Shown: positions 1 to 14,118, counted from the first letter of the stretch. The stretch is DNA of 64,000 nt from Eledone cirrhosa (GCA_964016885.1 OZ024743.1:310186001-310250000), one strand, 5' to 3'. Notes: generated by a model not told the origin, from the sequence alone. Program-made: numbers and translations.

Positions 1-1592
1 GCACAGAATCACCACCATACATACACTACCGCAATAGACACAATAATAGTCGCACACCACCAAACAGAAGGCGATGTAAGGAGTATATCTGGTACAACCC
101 GGTCTATAACAAATCTATTAAAACCAATCTACCCTCAAAATTCTTTCGATTAGTTAGAAAACACTTTCCAACATCACATAAATATAATAAAATCTTAAAC
201 CCTAACACCATCCGACTTTCATATTCAACCGCCCCTAATATTGAACAACATATAAAAATGCTTAACGCAAAACGGTTGTATAAACGCCTTCCAACACATA
301 ACAATACACTTAAAACATTAGCTATAACATCACAAAACAACAAACAACATCCTGTTCTACATAAGCAACCTCATCAACCCATCCATGGCAATACAACAAC
401 GCAAAATTGTAATTGCAACTGTGTCCAACCAGGAATGTGTCCGTTGAACAACCAGTGTCTTGAACGCAACATCGTATACAAATGTACTATCGAATCGGAT
501 AGACAGAAGTGGTACTATGTGGGATCTACAGCCACCTCCTTTAAATCACGCCTTTATAGACATCGTTATTCGATAACACATGAAAACCAGCGTTATGTAA
601 CAACACTCGCAGACAAGGCTTGGCAGCTGCGTGAAAATAACCAACAATTTCACCTAAAATGGGATATAATAGCGACTGCCCCCCCCCATATTCCAATGGA
701 CAGGAATTTTGTAGATTATGTAATGTAGAATTATTTTGTATTATGAAATCCAAAAACATTTTATTAAATAACAGAATAGAGCGATCGTTATACTGTAACC
801 ATCGCTTAAAATCTACATTTTCATATTATAAATACTACCAGGATTGAACGCCTGTCTCTATCCCCGTTTGATTGTCAAAATAGATATGAACATTCTTTAT
901 TAGTCTTAATTCTATCAACTCTTCTATTATTTACCTTTTAATACAAACTGCTATAGATAAAATGAGATTTCTGATTTTTTGATTCAATTCCCTAGAGCAA
1001 ATACCAGCTGACCACTAGCATTGATGTTATTTAGTAGCAATCGAAATCTCCCCCTTCCCCAATTGACACTTTATGATTAATACTACTGCACCAAATGACC
1101 AGCCCTGTCCACTGTCCAGTTGGTCAAGTAGAGATTAAAATCGGCACCCCCAAAATTCTTATTTAGATTTACTCATGGTATTCTCATTAAAAACCCATTA
1201 TATACTTGTTTAGCAGTAAATTATTTTACCATCTGTCATATTCTATCCCCTCTGTTCCTTCCTCTTTTACTAATATAAATACTTCAATTTCTCTGATTTT
1301 ATCCAGTTTATCCAAAATCTCTGAAGAAGTGACAACTGATTATACATTTGCTATCGAATACTTGCTAACATTATATGATTACGCAAGCAGCGATACATAG
1401 GTATTCGGTCTGTTACAGAAACATATGTCAATACCTAATAAATTCCTTTTTTAACAAAAGCACTTTCATTTTATATTCATCCTTTCTACATTTCTCCGGA
1501 ATATAATTTATACTCGTTGAGCAAACCTGCACGTACGCTGTTCATCTCTAACGTAACGATATATTATCACTACATTATTGATAACCTGAAAT
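1..1592 (+). mobile_element. 3' part of a Naiad-type Penelope-like element (linker + GIY-YIG + 3' UTR)
   Basis: Reads IWYNPVYNKSIKT...IRLSYST, CNCNC..CPL..QC, IVYKC...YYVGST..F.SRLYRH, then CRLC...LLNNR...CNH after a frameshift in the C-run near 679-687; stop at 847; UTR ends in (TA)n. Confidence 0.85.
1321..1432 (+). ncRNA. Hammerhead-like motif with long stem II (stem I poor)
   Basis: ctgaaga 1321, gtgaca/tgttac closing stem II, gaaac-atat-gtc 1418-1429. Confidence 0.5.
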
Positions 1593-1594
1593 TT

Positions 1595-1600
1595 TATATA

Positions 1601-1641
<41 letters not shown>

Positions 1642-1756
1642 TATACTTACACACACACATATATATATATATATATGTATATTATATATATATATTATAC
1701 ATATATATATTATATATATGTATATATATATATATATTATATATATATATTATACC

Positions 1757-1790
<34 letters not shown>

Positions 1791-1799
1791 ATTATACAC

Positions 1800-1836
<37 letters not shown>

Positions 1837-1978
1837 ATTATACATATATATATATGTATATATATATATTATATATATATGTTATAAATATATATATATA
1901 TATATATTATATATATTATAAATATATATATATATATATATATAATATATATATATATATTATACATATATATATATT

Positions 1979-2045
<67 letters not shown>

Positions 2046-2147
2046 ATTTATTATATATATATTATATATATATATGTATATTATATATATATATATTTAT
2101 TATATATAATTTATATATATATATATATATTATATATATATATATAT
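1595..2147. repeat. Imperfect (TA)n microsatellite
   Basis: Direct reading. Confidence 0.97.
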
Positions 2148-3760
2148 TAAAGAGTTAAACAAGATTCAATGAGTACATCAAAGAATGAGTTTTACAGTAG
2201 ATTGGAAGCACACTACAGAAATATTTTCCAGAGTTATTAATATTAATTCAAATATTAACAAAATAGATATTCTTGTGATGAATTAAATTTTATTATACAT
2301 ATTTCAGAGCTACTGAATTAAGTTCAACAGTACGTGCTCATCAGATAAAATAAAATGATACATGACATACCCTGATATGATAGATGGTTATGATTTATCA
2401 AGGTAGTGACTAACTCATGAGATTACTCAATATTTATACCCTAATATTGAGATCATGAGAAAACGTAATAGAATCAACAGAGAGAGTGTGAGTAATATAT
2501 TTTAAGAAATACTTTGCCTCAGTGAACAGTTATAGAATTTTTAATATTTAAAATACTACTACAGAACTATGCGGTCGAGGAAAGTATAGAGGAAGACGTA
2601 GCTGAAGTTATTACTTATTTAGTATTTAGCTTGAGAAGACAAATGACAGATAATTAAATAGAGGGAGAGACAAAGGGGAGTAATTTATCCTCAAATTTAT
2701 TTATACACACATAATCATATATAGTTTTAGCGGTTAATTTTCAAAATATTTAATTTATGTTATTTCAGGGTAAAGAATCAAAATTTTAGGTTTTAAAAGT
2801 TGATGGGTATTTGTATTAATATTATAATATAATTATGTTAAATTTCTAAAATTCAAAATTTTACGAAAACAAATATAAAGGATTTACAAAGCCCGCGAAA
2901 TAAAGAAAATATACATTTAATGTTCAATATTCCCACAAAGGTAATCTTTATCCAAATTACTTATAACACTGACAACATTTTCTATAATATAATTTATGAG
3001 ATATTTACAGTTATAACTATTAATGAATTTAGTGTTAAATAGTTAAGTGCCTACAGTATTAACTGGTCTTATAATTAAACCTAAAGAAGTGAGAGTTTTC
3101 AGCTATATATATGTATGTATTGATCATAATAACAGGACTATAATTTATTATTTGTTCGTATATTATATTAAGTAAGTGATTATATAAGTTCGACCTTCTA
3201 GGGAAAACCGAACTATAATTTATTATTAGTTCATATATTATATTAAGTAAAGGATTATATAAGTTCGACCTTCCAGGGAAAATCAAACACTTATAATAAT
3301 GTCATTTGGGTGTTTAAATTATTTATATAAATGTAACTACGATTATGTTACTATCCTAGATAAAGATATTTGTATAAAACTATATATAGATGTACTAGGT
3401 ATTAATTAAACGGTAAACATTTGATAAAAATAGTAATTATAATCATTGTTATTAGTTTTATACAAATATAATTATCGTTATGTTATTATACTAGATAAAG
3501 ATATTTGTACAAACTATATATAGAGATATATTAAGTATTAATGAAACGGTATACATTTAATAAAGAATAACGATTATAATCTTTGTTAGTATTTTCATAT
3601 GAGTGTAACTACGATTATATTATTACACTAGATAAAGATATTTGTACGAACTATACATAGATTTGTACAAACTATACATAGATATACTAGATATTAATGA
3701 AACGGTATATATTTAATAAAACATAGCGATTATAAACATTGCTTGTAGTTTTACCTCCAG
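2148..3760 (-). mobile_element. Non-coding HHR-bearing PLE-derived element, family B
   Basis: Reverse complement aligns with 48735-50545; internal tandem repeats at 3165-3290 and 3340-3720; HHR near 3' end; left boundary is (TA)n. Confidence 0.7.
2287..2351 (-). ncRNA. Type I hammerhead ribozyme
   Basis: Minus strand: attttat CTGATGA ... GAAA-tatgt-ATA ataaaat; 7-bp stem I. Confidence 0.75.
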
Positions 3761-4074
3761 TTCAGTGTCTGTTATAATAGTTTGTTAAATATACATAAAA
3801 AAGCAAAGTGCAAAACCAACTTTCTGAGTCCTCAAAAACCATCTCAAAATGAGTAACTTATATATATATTTATGTAAACGCATGAATGATCCACGGTTCA
3901 AATTAAAATCAGTAAAATTTACAGGTTAGATATCTAAACTATATATTTAAAACAGAGATAGAAAAATAAAAACTGAATCAAAGTTAAAAATATCCCCCCA
4001 AAACCATAGGGTATTCATATCTATCCAGCAAACAAGTTATCAAACAAGTGTCATTCATTCAAACATTAGTTCCA

Positions 4075-4800
4075 TTATAGAAACTCAAATTTTGATAAAT
4101 GTAACTGTAGAAATAAATCTAACTGTCCGTTAAATAACAATTGTTTAGTTAAAAATATAGTATATAATTGTATTGTAAAAACTAATATAAATTCATTTAA
4201 TTGCGTAGGCTCTACCTCCACAGATTTTAAGTCCCGTTTTAATAACCATAAATGTTCTTTTACGAATATAAATAAAAAATCTTCAACTTCTCTATCTAAT
4301 TTACTATGGGACCTAAAATCAAATAACACTAACTATTCTTTACTTTGGAATATTATCTCCAAAGCTCCCCCATTCAATGCTTCTTCTGAAAATTGTATAG
4401 AGGAAATATTCTTTATATTAAAAAGTAAGAATTCTGTTAATTTAAGAAATAATCTTTTTAGTTCTTGCAAACATAGATTGAACTCAACGTTTAAATATAT
4501 ATATAAAATGTAATACATAACTCATCTTTATTAAACCTATCGATAATTTATTAGATTCCTTCATATGACTGTTTATAACTCTCTTTAAAATATTTTTTCT
4601 TGAAAATCTTTTCCTGATAAACGTACTGAAAGATTTGAAGGAGGAGTTTTTTTGAAAATTCCTATGATGGGTATAATTCATAATTCATATTTTATACAGT
4701 GTATTTTATTTTCTATATTCTTATTATTTATATTTAAATTATAATTCATATTTTATATTGTATATTTTGTATTTATGTATTTTTCAAATGCTTGATAAAT
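4075..4800 (+). mobile_element. 5'-truncated copy of Naiad-1 (EN C-terminus + 3' UTR start)
   Basis: Near-identical to about 8722-9440. Confidence 0.9.
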
Positions 4801-4808
4801 ATATATAT

Positions 4809-4877
<69 letters not shown>

Positions 4878-4880
<3 letters not shown>

Positions 4881-5522
4881 GATATATTAACAAATGGAAG
4901 CTATATTTATAAAAGCATATTTATTTCATTATACATATTTCAAGGACAACAAGTGGAATTATGGTACGCTTTCATCAGATAAAATATAATATAGATCAGT
5001 TTTATAAATAAATATTGACATTCCCTTAAAGAATGCGACTATTTCTGTTGGAAGCTCCCGGATAGTGGGGTTATTAATTTAATCTTCTTATTTTCCTCTT
5101 AGAGATTGCTCTTTTTTCTCTTTTTTCTCTTTTTCTTTTTTTTTTCCCTTTTTCCATACATACTCCAACGGCTTATTTTAAATCTACTGTGATTTAAACA
5201 TATCCGACACTACTTTGCATAATAGACTAAAATAAATGTAATGACCCCACTATCCGGGAGCTTCCAACAGAAATGGTCGCATTCTTTAAGGGTATGTCAA
5301 TATTTATTTATAAAGCTTATCTATATTATATTTTATCTGATGAAAGCGCACCATAATTTGACTTGGTGTCCTTGAAATATGTATAATGAAATAAATATGC
5401 TTTTATAAATATAGCTTCCATTTGTTAATATATCGTATTTTTACGCGAATAATTTGTTGAGTGATTTATATCAATTATAAAGATATCTGCTTGTTGTATC
5501 CCAACAAGTTAAATAGAACTTC

Positions 5523-5525
<3 letters not shown>
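4878..5525. mobile_element. Head-to-head pair of Naiad-1 3' termini, each with an HHR (4923-4986 minus; 5330-5392 plus)
   Basis: 4878-5073 is the reverse complement of about 5243-5438; (TA)n on both sides. Confidence 0.85.
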
Positions 5526-5599
<74 letters not shown>

Positions 5600-6851
5600 A
5601 TATATATATCAAATGTTTATATATATAAAATCTATACTTTAAATATATTCTATAGATATACTCTTATGAAGAGTTTTTTTATGGTTTATGCTTTATATAT
5701 ATTCCTATGAAAGAATTTTTAAATGTTAACACGTTATAACAAACAAAATTATGTTTTTAACAGTCATAACTGTTTAACAGGTAGAGTTATAAAATTATAA
5801 CTTGCTATAAAATAGCATAAGATTCATACTCTAATTACATTATTATGATGGAAAATTTAATTTTTAATTTTTTAACATCTTAACTTTATAGCATTTAATC
5901 CTTAGAGCTATCTAAATTATTAATAAATCGCTAGCAATTTCCTTTACGTTCTACTGCTATTATAAATAAGGGATTATTCTTCTGTAAACTCTCAGAATTT
6001 ACATGAGCATAGAAATATTCGGATATTTTAAACTTACACATTTTTTTAAATAATTAATTAATAATAAATAAAATGATATATGGTCTTGTATTAATAACAT
6101 ATTTTCTAATAATATATATTTTAATAATATATATTCTTTAATAATATATAGGTCTCAACTTTAATAATCTAACATACACATTTAAACATTTAAACTTCGG
6201 ATTGAATTGATACATTATTAATTAAGCATTTAATCAAATTTATTAATTAAACATTAGATAAAATTCTCCAACTTGTCTTTATTTTTCTTTATCCATGCTA
6301 CGGTATTCATCCACACTATATTTATTTCTTCGCCTCTTCTCTCAAAATTACGCTATTCTCTCACTTAAATATACTCAGGTTTTTTTCTCTTTCTTTCTTT
6401 CGTTTTTTTCTCTTTCTTTCTTTCTTTTTTCCCCTATTCCAACGGCTTTATTTAAATATACTGTTATTTAAACCTTTCCGACACTAATTTGCATAATAAA
6501 CCAACAATAAAACTAATAACTCCACTATCCAGGAGATTCCAACCAGAATGGTTGCATTTTTTCAGGGCATGTCAATATTTATTTATAAAAGTAACCTATA
6601 TTATATTTTATCTGATGAAAACGCACCATAGTTTGCCTTGGTGGTCCTTGAAATATGTATAATGAAATAAATATGGTTTTATAAATATAGTTTCCATTTG
6701 TTAATATATTGTATATTTACTCCAATAATTTGTTGAGTGCTTTATATCAGTTATAAAAATATTTTGCTTCTTATATCCCAACAAATGAAATATAACCTCT
6801 ACATATATTTTGCTCCTTTACTGTCGAGCGCTTTAAATTATAACTGAAAAA

Positions 6852-6952
6852 TAATTGTTTCTACTTTAGACACAAGGCCAGCAATTACCCAGTGCATTAC
6901 TGGTACTTTATGTTATCGACCCCGTAAGGATGAAAGGCAAAGTCAACCTTGG
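6852..6952 (-). mobile_element. 5'-truncated tRNA-derived SINE
   Basis: Reverse complement of 3' half of 12437-12625. Confidence 0.85.
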
Positions 6953-6959
6953 AATTCTT

Positions 6960-9156
6960 TAAGATCTCTTCTTCTCTAAATGACATACATTTACCTAGGA
7001 ATAAAGACTTTATAAAACAATTAATAGAAAAATCAGATTCATTTATAAGAAGACTCAGTTGGCGTGCTTTCCGCTTTGATAAATCTGATGCAAAAGAGAA
7101 TATTTCCAATCTTGATAGAATCTTCAAATCTAAAAAGAATCCACCTTCCAACAAACTACTAATGGATTTTGAAAATGAAATCATTTCTATCATTCAAAGC
7201 ATTAAATTAAAAAAAACAACTTCATAGGCCAGGATTACCTAAGAAATCTCAAAAATAATATAGAAAGCTTTGAAAAAACGGAAAAAATTCTAGTCAAGTC
7301 AGATAAAACCAACAATCTCTATGGAATGCAAAAGGATATTTATAGCGATCTTATATTAAAGGAAGTAAGGAAGAAATACAAAAAAAAAAACAACGTATGA
7401 TGACCTTGAATAATTGAATACAGAAGCTTCTTACATAATGCAAGAATTAGGCATTGAAAATAGGACACAACCCTTTATGCCAAGGAAACCAAAAATTAAT
7501 ATGAAGGACCATAAAAGGAATTTTGAAATTGAATTACCAGTTAGATTAACTGCACCATCTAAATCGGACCTTGTCATACTTAGCAAGAACATTTTAAACA
7601 GAATCATACCACAAATTAAAGAATGATCTTATTTAAAATTATGAAAAGGAACTAACTAAGTTATCGACTGGTTTAAAGACATTAAATATAACTATAATAA
7701 TAAGTTTATTCAATTGGATATTGCTAATTATTACTCATCCATCACTCCTAATCTACTTAATAAAGCCTTAACATATGCATTTAAACATACAGACTTAACT
7801 AGTAATGAAATGCGCATTATCTTAACTGCACGGAAAACATTAATTAAATTTAACAACCCCCTCTGGACTAGAACAGACAGAGATAATTTTTATATCACTA
7901 TGGGGTCATCTGATTCCGCCCAAATAACGGATCTTGTGGGGCTTTTTATTAATAATTCTCTACATAGGAAAATACCGGAGATGACCGGAGGTTTATATCA
8001 CGACGATATGCTATTACTTATAGAAAATAATAATAACTGTGAAATAAATAGGAAAAGAAAAGAAATTATACAATTTTATAATTACCTTAATCTTCAAGTA
8101 GAAATAGAGAATAATTATAAAATAGTTAACTTTCTAGATGTAACTTTAAACCTTAACACAGGTCTTTTTTTATCCATTTCACAAAATAAACGAGAACTTA
8201 AACTACGTTAATTTTAATTCCAATCACCTCAGATCCGTTAAAAACACTATAGTAAACTCTGTGCAGCAACGTATTTTTAGAATTTCAGCAAACAGAATGT
8301 TTTTGAAGATAAAGCGCAATATTATAACGAAGCGTTAGGTAGAGCTGGATATAGTAATAAAATTTAATACATTGATAGTAATGATATGACAAATAACCAT
8401 AATTTTAACAACTATAATAGAAAACCTTACAATAATTCGAAAAACATAAAAAGAAATAGAACTAGGAATATATTATGGTTCGCTCCTTCTTTCTCATTAA
8501 GTATTAAAACTCCCATTGCTAAATTATTCTTTAAAGCTCTAGATATATGCTTCCCTAGAACACATAGATATTACTCAATATTTAATAGACATACTATAAA
8601 ATTAACGTATTCAACCACCAGTAATTTAGCGCAGAATATTAATAGAATTAATAATAGAAACTTAAAACCTAACCAGAATACCATTAATAACCCCAGCAAT
8701 ATCCAACTGAATAATACGGCACATAGAAACTCAGATTTTGACAAATGTAACTGTAGAAATAAATCTAACAGTCCGTTAAATAACAATTGTTTAGTTAAAA
8801 ATATAGTATATATTTGTAATGTAAATTCATTTAATTGCGTAGGCTCTACCTCCACAGATTTTAAGTCCCGTTTTAATAACCATAAATGCACTTTTACGAA
8901 TATAAATAAAAAATCTTCAACTTCTCTATCTAATATACTATGGGACCTAAAAGGAAAGAACACTATCTATTCTTTACTTTGGAATATTATGTTCAAAGCT
9001 CTTCCATTCAATGCTTCTTCTGAAAATTGTGCTTTTTGTATAGAGGAAATATTCTTTATATTAAAAAGTAAGAATTCTGTTAATTTACAAAATAATCTTT
9101 TCAGTTCTTGCAAACATAGATTGAACTCAATGTTTAAATATATATATAAAATGTAA
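6960..9156 (+). pseudogene. Naiad RT + GIY-YIG endonuclease pseudogene
   Basis: RRLSWRA, DKTNN, KDHK, DIANYYSSI, MGSSDSA, GLYHDD, NFLDVTLNL, WFAPSFS, CNCR, CAFC, SCKH; several stops and frameshifts. Confidence 0.9.
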
Positions 9157-10707
9157 TACATAACTCATCTTTATTAAACCTATCGATAATTTATTAGATT
9201 CCTTCATATGACTGCTTATAACTCTCTTTAAAATATTTTTTCTTGAAAAACTTTTCTTGATAAACGTACTGAAAGATTTGAAGAAGGAGTTTTTTTGAAA
9301 ATTCCTATGATGGGTATAATTCATAATTCATATTTTATACTGTGTATTTTATTTTCTATAATCTTATATTTTTTTAAAAATTATAATTCATATTTTATAT
9401 TGTATATTTTGTATTTATGTATTTTTCAAATGCTTGATACATATATATATATATACATATATATACATATATATGTAAATATATATATCAAAATATATAT
9501 ATATATACAAATATATACATATATATATGTATATATATATATCAAAATGTTTATATATATAAAATTTATACTTTAAATACATTGTATAGATATACTCTTA
9601 TGAAAGAGTTTTTTTATGGTTTATGCTTTAGATATATTCCTATGAAAGCATCTTTAAATGTTAACACGTTATAACAAACAAATTTGTGTTTTTAACAGTC
9701 ATAAATGTATAAGAGGTAGAGTCATAAATTTATAACTTGCTATAAAATAACATAAGATTCATGTTCTAATTACAATATTAAGATGGAACATTTAATTTTT
9801 AATTTTTTAACATCTTAACTTAATAGCATTTAATCCTTAGAGCTATCTAAATTATTAATAAATCGCTAGCAATTTCCTTTACGCTCTACTGCTATTATAA
9901 ATAAGGGATTATTCTTCTGTAAACTCTCGGAATTTACATGAGCTTAGAAATATTCGGATATTTTAAACTTACACATTTTTTAAAATAATTAATTAGTAAT
10001 TAATAAAATTATATATGGTTTTGTAATAATAACATATTTTCTAATAATATATATTTTAATAATATATATTCTTTAATAATATATAGGTCTCAACTTTAAT
10101 AATCTAACATACACATTTAAACATTTAAACTTCGGATTGAATTGATACATTATTAATTAAGCATTTAATCAAATTTATTAATTAAACATTAGATAAAATT
10201 CTCCAACCTATCTTTATTATTGTTTATCCATGCTACGGTATTCATCCACGCTATATTTATTTCTTCGCCTCTTCTCTCAAAATTACGCTATTCTCTCTCA
10301 CTTAAATATACTCAAGTTTTTTTCTCTTTCATTCTTTCGTTTTTTCTCTTTCTTTCTTTCTTTTTTTCCCCTTATTCCAACAGCTTAATATAAATATACT
10401 GTTATTTAAACCTTTCCGACACTAATTTGCATAATAAACCAACAATAAAACTAATAACTCCACTATCCAGGAGATTCCAACCAGAATGTTTGCATTCTTT
10501 TATATTATGTCAATATTTATTTATAAAACTAACCTATATTATATTTTATCTGATGAAAGCGCACCATAGTTTGCCTTGGTTGCCCTTGAAATATGTATAA
10601 TGAAATAAATATGGTTTTATAAATATAGTTTCCATTTGTTAAAATATTGTATATATATATATATTATACATATATATATATATATATTATATATTGTATA
10701 TATATAT

Positions 10708-10784
<77 letters not shown>

Positions 10785-10830
10785 CAGGAAAGAAGAGTGA
10801 CACGGTTTGCTATGCAAAAAAGGTTTTTAA

Positions 10831-10951
10831 TCTCATTGCTGACAATTGTTTCTCTGAACTGGTAGGTCTAGAGATCGCTATCCACTTATTTTCGCGTTAC
10901 TCGATCGCCAATACAAAATTATAACCAGTCAGTTCATCGGAGCTTGCGAGA
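10831..10951 (-). ncRNA. Hammerhead-like motif, CCGAUGA core, long stem II
   Basis: Minus strand: tctcgcaagct CCGATGA actgactgg...ccagttcaga GAAAC aatt GTC agcaatgaga. Confidence 0.6.
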
Positions 10952-11661
10952 ATGAAGAGAATATACAGGCATGAAGAGAATATAGAGGCTACTATATGTA
11001 GTAGTAATGGCATTTTAGTTAGAACAATAACAACAATATCAACAATGCTAGCAATAAATTATTTGAAATAATCACAACCTCAATCTAGGTGGGAAGTATA
11101 GTATATCTACGATTTTAGCGTGTAAAACTAGCTGACATGAGGCAGATGTATAAAATTCACATGTAAAGACTGTCGTAGGGTGTATTATATCAAGTGTAAA
11201 GATAAGCTGGTGTTTTTAAACAATGTAGGTCAGGTGACCGTAATAGTCGGTTTTTATCTGACCGATGATGTATTTATCACTGTAGTAGAATTTGTGTGGT
11301 CTATATTAGATGAGAGTTCTATCTATTTTTTCCATTCTCAATAACATACATGTATAAGACAACACTGTCAAAGCTAAATAATGGGCAAGTTAATACAGAG
11401 GTTGTGGAGGTAATATATATATATATATACACATATATATACACACACACATGCACACAAACATATACATACATATACACACGCACTCATACAAATACAT
11501 ACATACATACAAATAGAAAACATGGTGACTATAATTATAGCAAGAGGAAGGTAAAGTTATTTGAGTCAAACTGAGCAAAGCGTTGATATGATCCACTACA
11601 CAGAGTACCATATCTGGACTACACCTAAGTGGACTGCATATAACTATTATTTGTTACCCCG

Positions 11662-11698
<37 letters not shown>

Positions 11699-11751
11699 CA
11701 TATTATATATATATATATATATTATATATATGCATATTATACATATATATT

Positions 11752-11824
<73 letters not shown>

Positions 11825-11918
11825 GTATAATATATATATATATGTATAATATGTATATATATAATATATATATGTATAATATGTATATATATATAATATA
11901 TATACATATAATATATAT

Positions 11919-11952
<34 letters not shown>

Positions 11953-12436
11953 ATATTAAAGATACTATTTATAGTTATGTACATCCTATACTATAAAAAA
12001 CTATAAACAGGGAAGGTCAGTAATTTATTATTACCAGTAAGATAAATAGCTCAATGTAAGAACATCAGTGGTTTTACAGAGCAGTAATATTGAATACACA
12101 AGAATCAAAGCTATGTTAGAACATTTAATTGCTGACAATTTTTTCTTCTAAACCTAGGCTTGAGTTCCTCGGAGCATTATTAATTTTTGTACACACAATT
12201 AACCTCCTATTCAACTGAAGGATCATACAGATACATATATATTGACAACAGTTTCATGTTTACAGTGTGGAATGGATGCGACATATATTATATTATACTA
12301 TTATTTAATTATAATAATAGTATAATATAATATATGTCGCATCCATTCCACACTGTAAACATGAAACTGTTGTCAATATATATGTATCTGTATGATTCTT
12401 CAGTTGAATAGGAGGTTAATTGTGTGTACAAACATA

Positions 12437-12625
12437 GGCGGTAGATTGGCAGTATTGGTAGAGTCTCGGATGCCATGCTTTGGCGCATAGAGTTACGGCC
12501 CTTGTCATTCTGAGTTCAAATCCCGCCGAGGTTAACTTTGCCTTTCATGCTTACGGGGTCGATAAAATAAAGTACCAGTAATACACTGGGTATTTGCTGG
12601 CCTTGTGCCTAACGTAGAAACAATT
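12437..12625 (+). mobile_element. Full-length tRNA-derived SINE (Meta-SINE-like core, octopod type)
   Basis: A-box-like tggcagtattggta, B-box gagttcaaatcc, core gcctttcat..cggggtcgataaaataaagtaccag, tail agaaacaattatt. Confidence 0.85.
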
Positions 12626-12681
12626 ATTTAATTATAATAATAGTATAATATAATATATGTCGCATCCATTCCACACTGTAA

Positions 12682-12872
12682 GGCGGTGAATTGGCAGTAT
12701 TGGTAGAGGGTCGGACGCCATGCTTTCTAGCATAGTTACGTCCCTTTACATTCTGAGTTCAAATCCCGCCGAGATTATCTTTGCCTTTCCTCCTTACGGG
12801 GTCGATAAAATAAAGTACCAGTAATGTACAGGGATAATTGCTGGCCTTGTTCCAAAAAGTAGAAACAATTAT
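12682..12872 (+). mobile_element. Second full-length SINE copy
   Basis: Same motifs, visibly diverged from the first copy. Confidence 0.85.
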
Positions 12873-14118
12873 TTAATTATAATAATTAAATTCATTGCTC
12901 TAATAGACATTATATGGTGCCCCAATTGAGTCCTTTATATAAAAAGTTATATATTTATATTTAATTTTAAATACAGTCTCTCATAATATATTAAAGGTTT
13001 CATTTGAAAGTTGTCTACCCAATATTATATAGTGCCATAATTCAATTGCCCATATAAAGTGTTATATATTTATATTTATTTTATTTTATTCTAATTTTAC
13101 TTTAATTTTAAATACAGTCTACTCTCTCAAAATATATTAAATGTTTTATTAGATTGTTGTCTACCCAATATCTGGTAAGCTATGGAATAACGTCTAGCTG
13201 TTTGCATGATAAATTAGATAATCTCTTGAGTAAATAAATTCACCCTTTATATACAATGTTATTAATCTATACATTTAATTATAAATGTATATATAATTCA
13301 TTGTTCCATATTACATTTAAGTTAGATAAATTCCTTATGTTAATAAATTAATCCTATATATACAATGTTATTAATTTATACAACTTAATTATTATAATGA
13401 GCTAGTTACCTCCCCTTACGCATTAGCTCCCCTTAATTCCATACCCACCTCCGGATATTAAACCATTCAAATTCTCGCAGCTGAACAACTCTAATCTATA
13501 AATATGGATTACAATCCATTACTATAACAAACATTCAATACGAATATATCATAACTTATGTAATGGATATGAAATCTGTAACTTTCTTTTTCTACACACA
13601 TACAAATTTGAACTATACAGAAATTATCCTCGCATTGCAACCACCATAATACACTAACATATTCGCTTAAAGTGCTTGTATTGCTTGTATTTCATGTAAT
13701 ACCTTGCCATACAGTACTCATATATGCATGATACATTTGCTTGTTCCATTCCTTTATATATGACTTACGCATGTACTATCTCTTTAATTTAATTATTAGA
13801 CTATTCTCTTGTATTATCTGTCGCATGTATTCCACCCTATGCTTTTAATTTTAATTTTAAATTTAATCTTGAATTTGATCTTAATTTGAATTATTGTACA
13901 ATTATAGTATAATATAATATATGTCGCATCCATTCCACACTGTAAACATGAAACTGTTGTCAATATATATGTATCTGTATGATTCTTCAGTTGAATAGGA
14001 GGTTAATTGTGTGTACAAACATTAATAATGCTCCGAAGACCCGAAGCCTAGGTTTGGAAGTAACAATTGTCAGCGATTATATGTTTTAAATATAACTTTG
14101 ATTCTTGTGTATTCAATA

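Larger units (their letters stand above)
5602..10650 (+). mobile_element. Near full-length Naiad-type PLE (Naiad-1) with ~1.1-kb direct pseudo-LTRs
   Basis: 5602-6712 repeats 9535-10650; HHRs at 6605-6668 and 10543-10605; decayed RT-EN frame between. Confidence 0.9.
11960..14118. mobile_element. Non-coding element with ~215-bp inverted termini carrying HHR-like motifs
   Basis: 12085-12300 is the reverse complement of 13903-14118; gct-ccgaNga...aattgtc-agc at 12127-12180 (-) and 14027-14080 (+); (TA)n on both sides. Confidence 0.7.

Noticed and set aside
1517-2150. Many Ile/Tyr- and Val/Cys-repeat ORFs here and throughout
   Set aside because: Translations of (TA)n and (TG)n, which lack stop codons
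12437-12530. tRNA gene
   Set aside because: A/B boxes belong to a SINE head; no complete cloverleaf, and SINE body and tail follow
11960-14118. MITE/TIR DNA transposon reading of the inverted termini
   Set aside because: Arms are unequal in length and carry HHR-like motifs, as in the PLE inversions elsewhere
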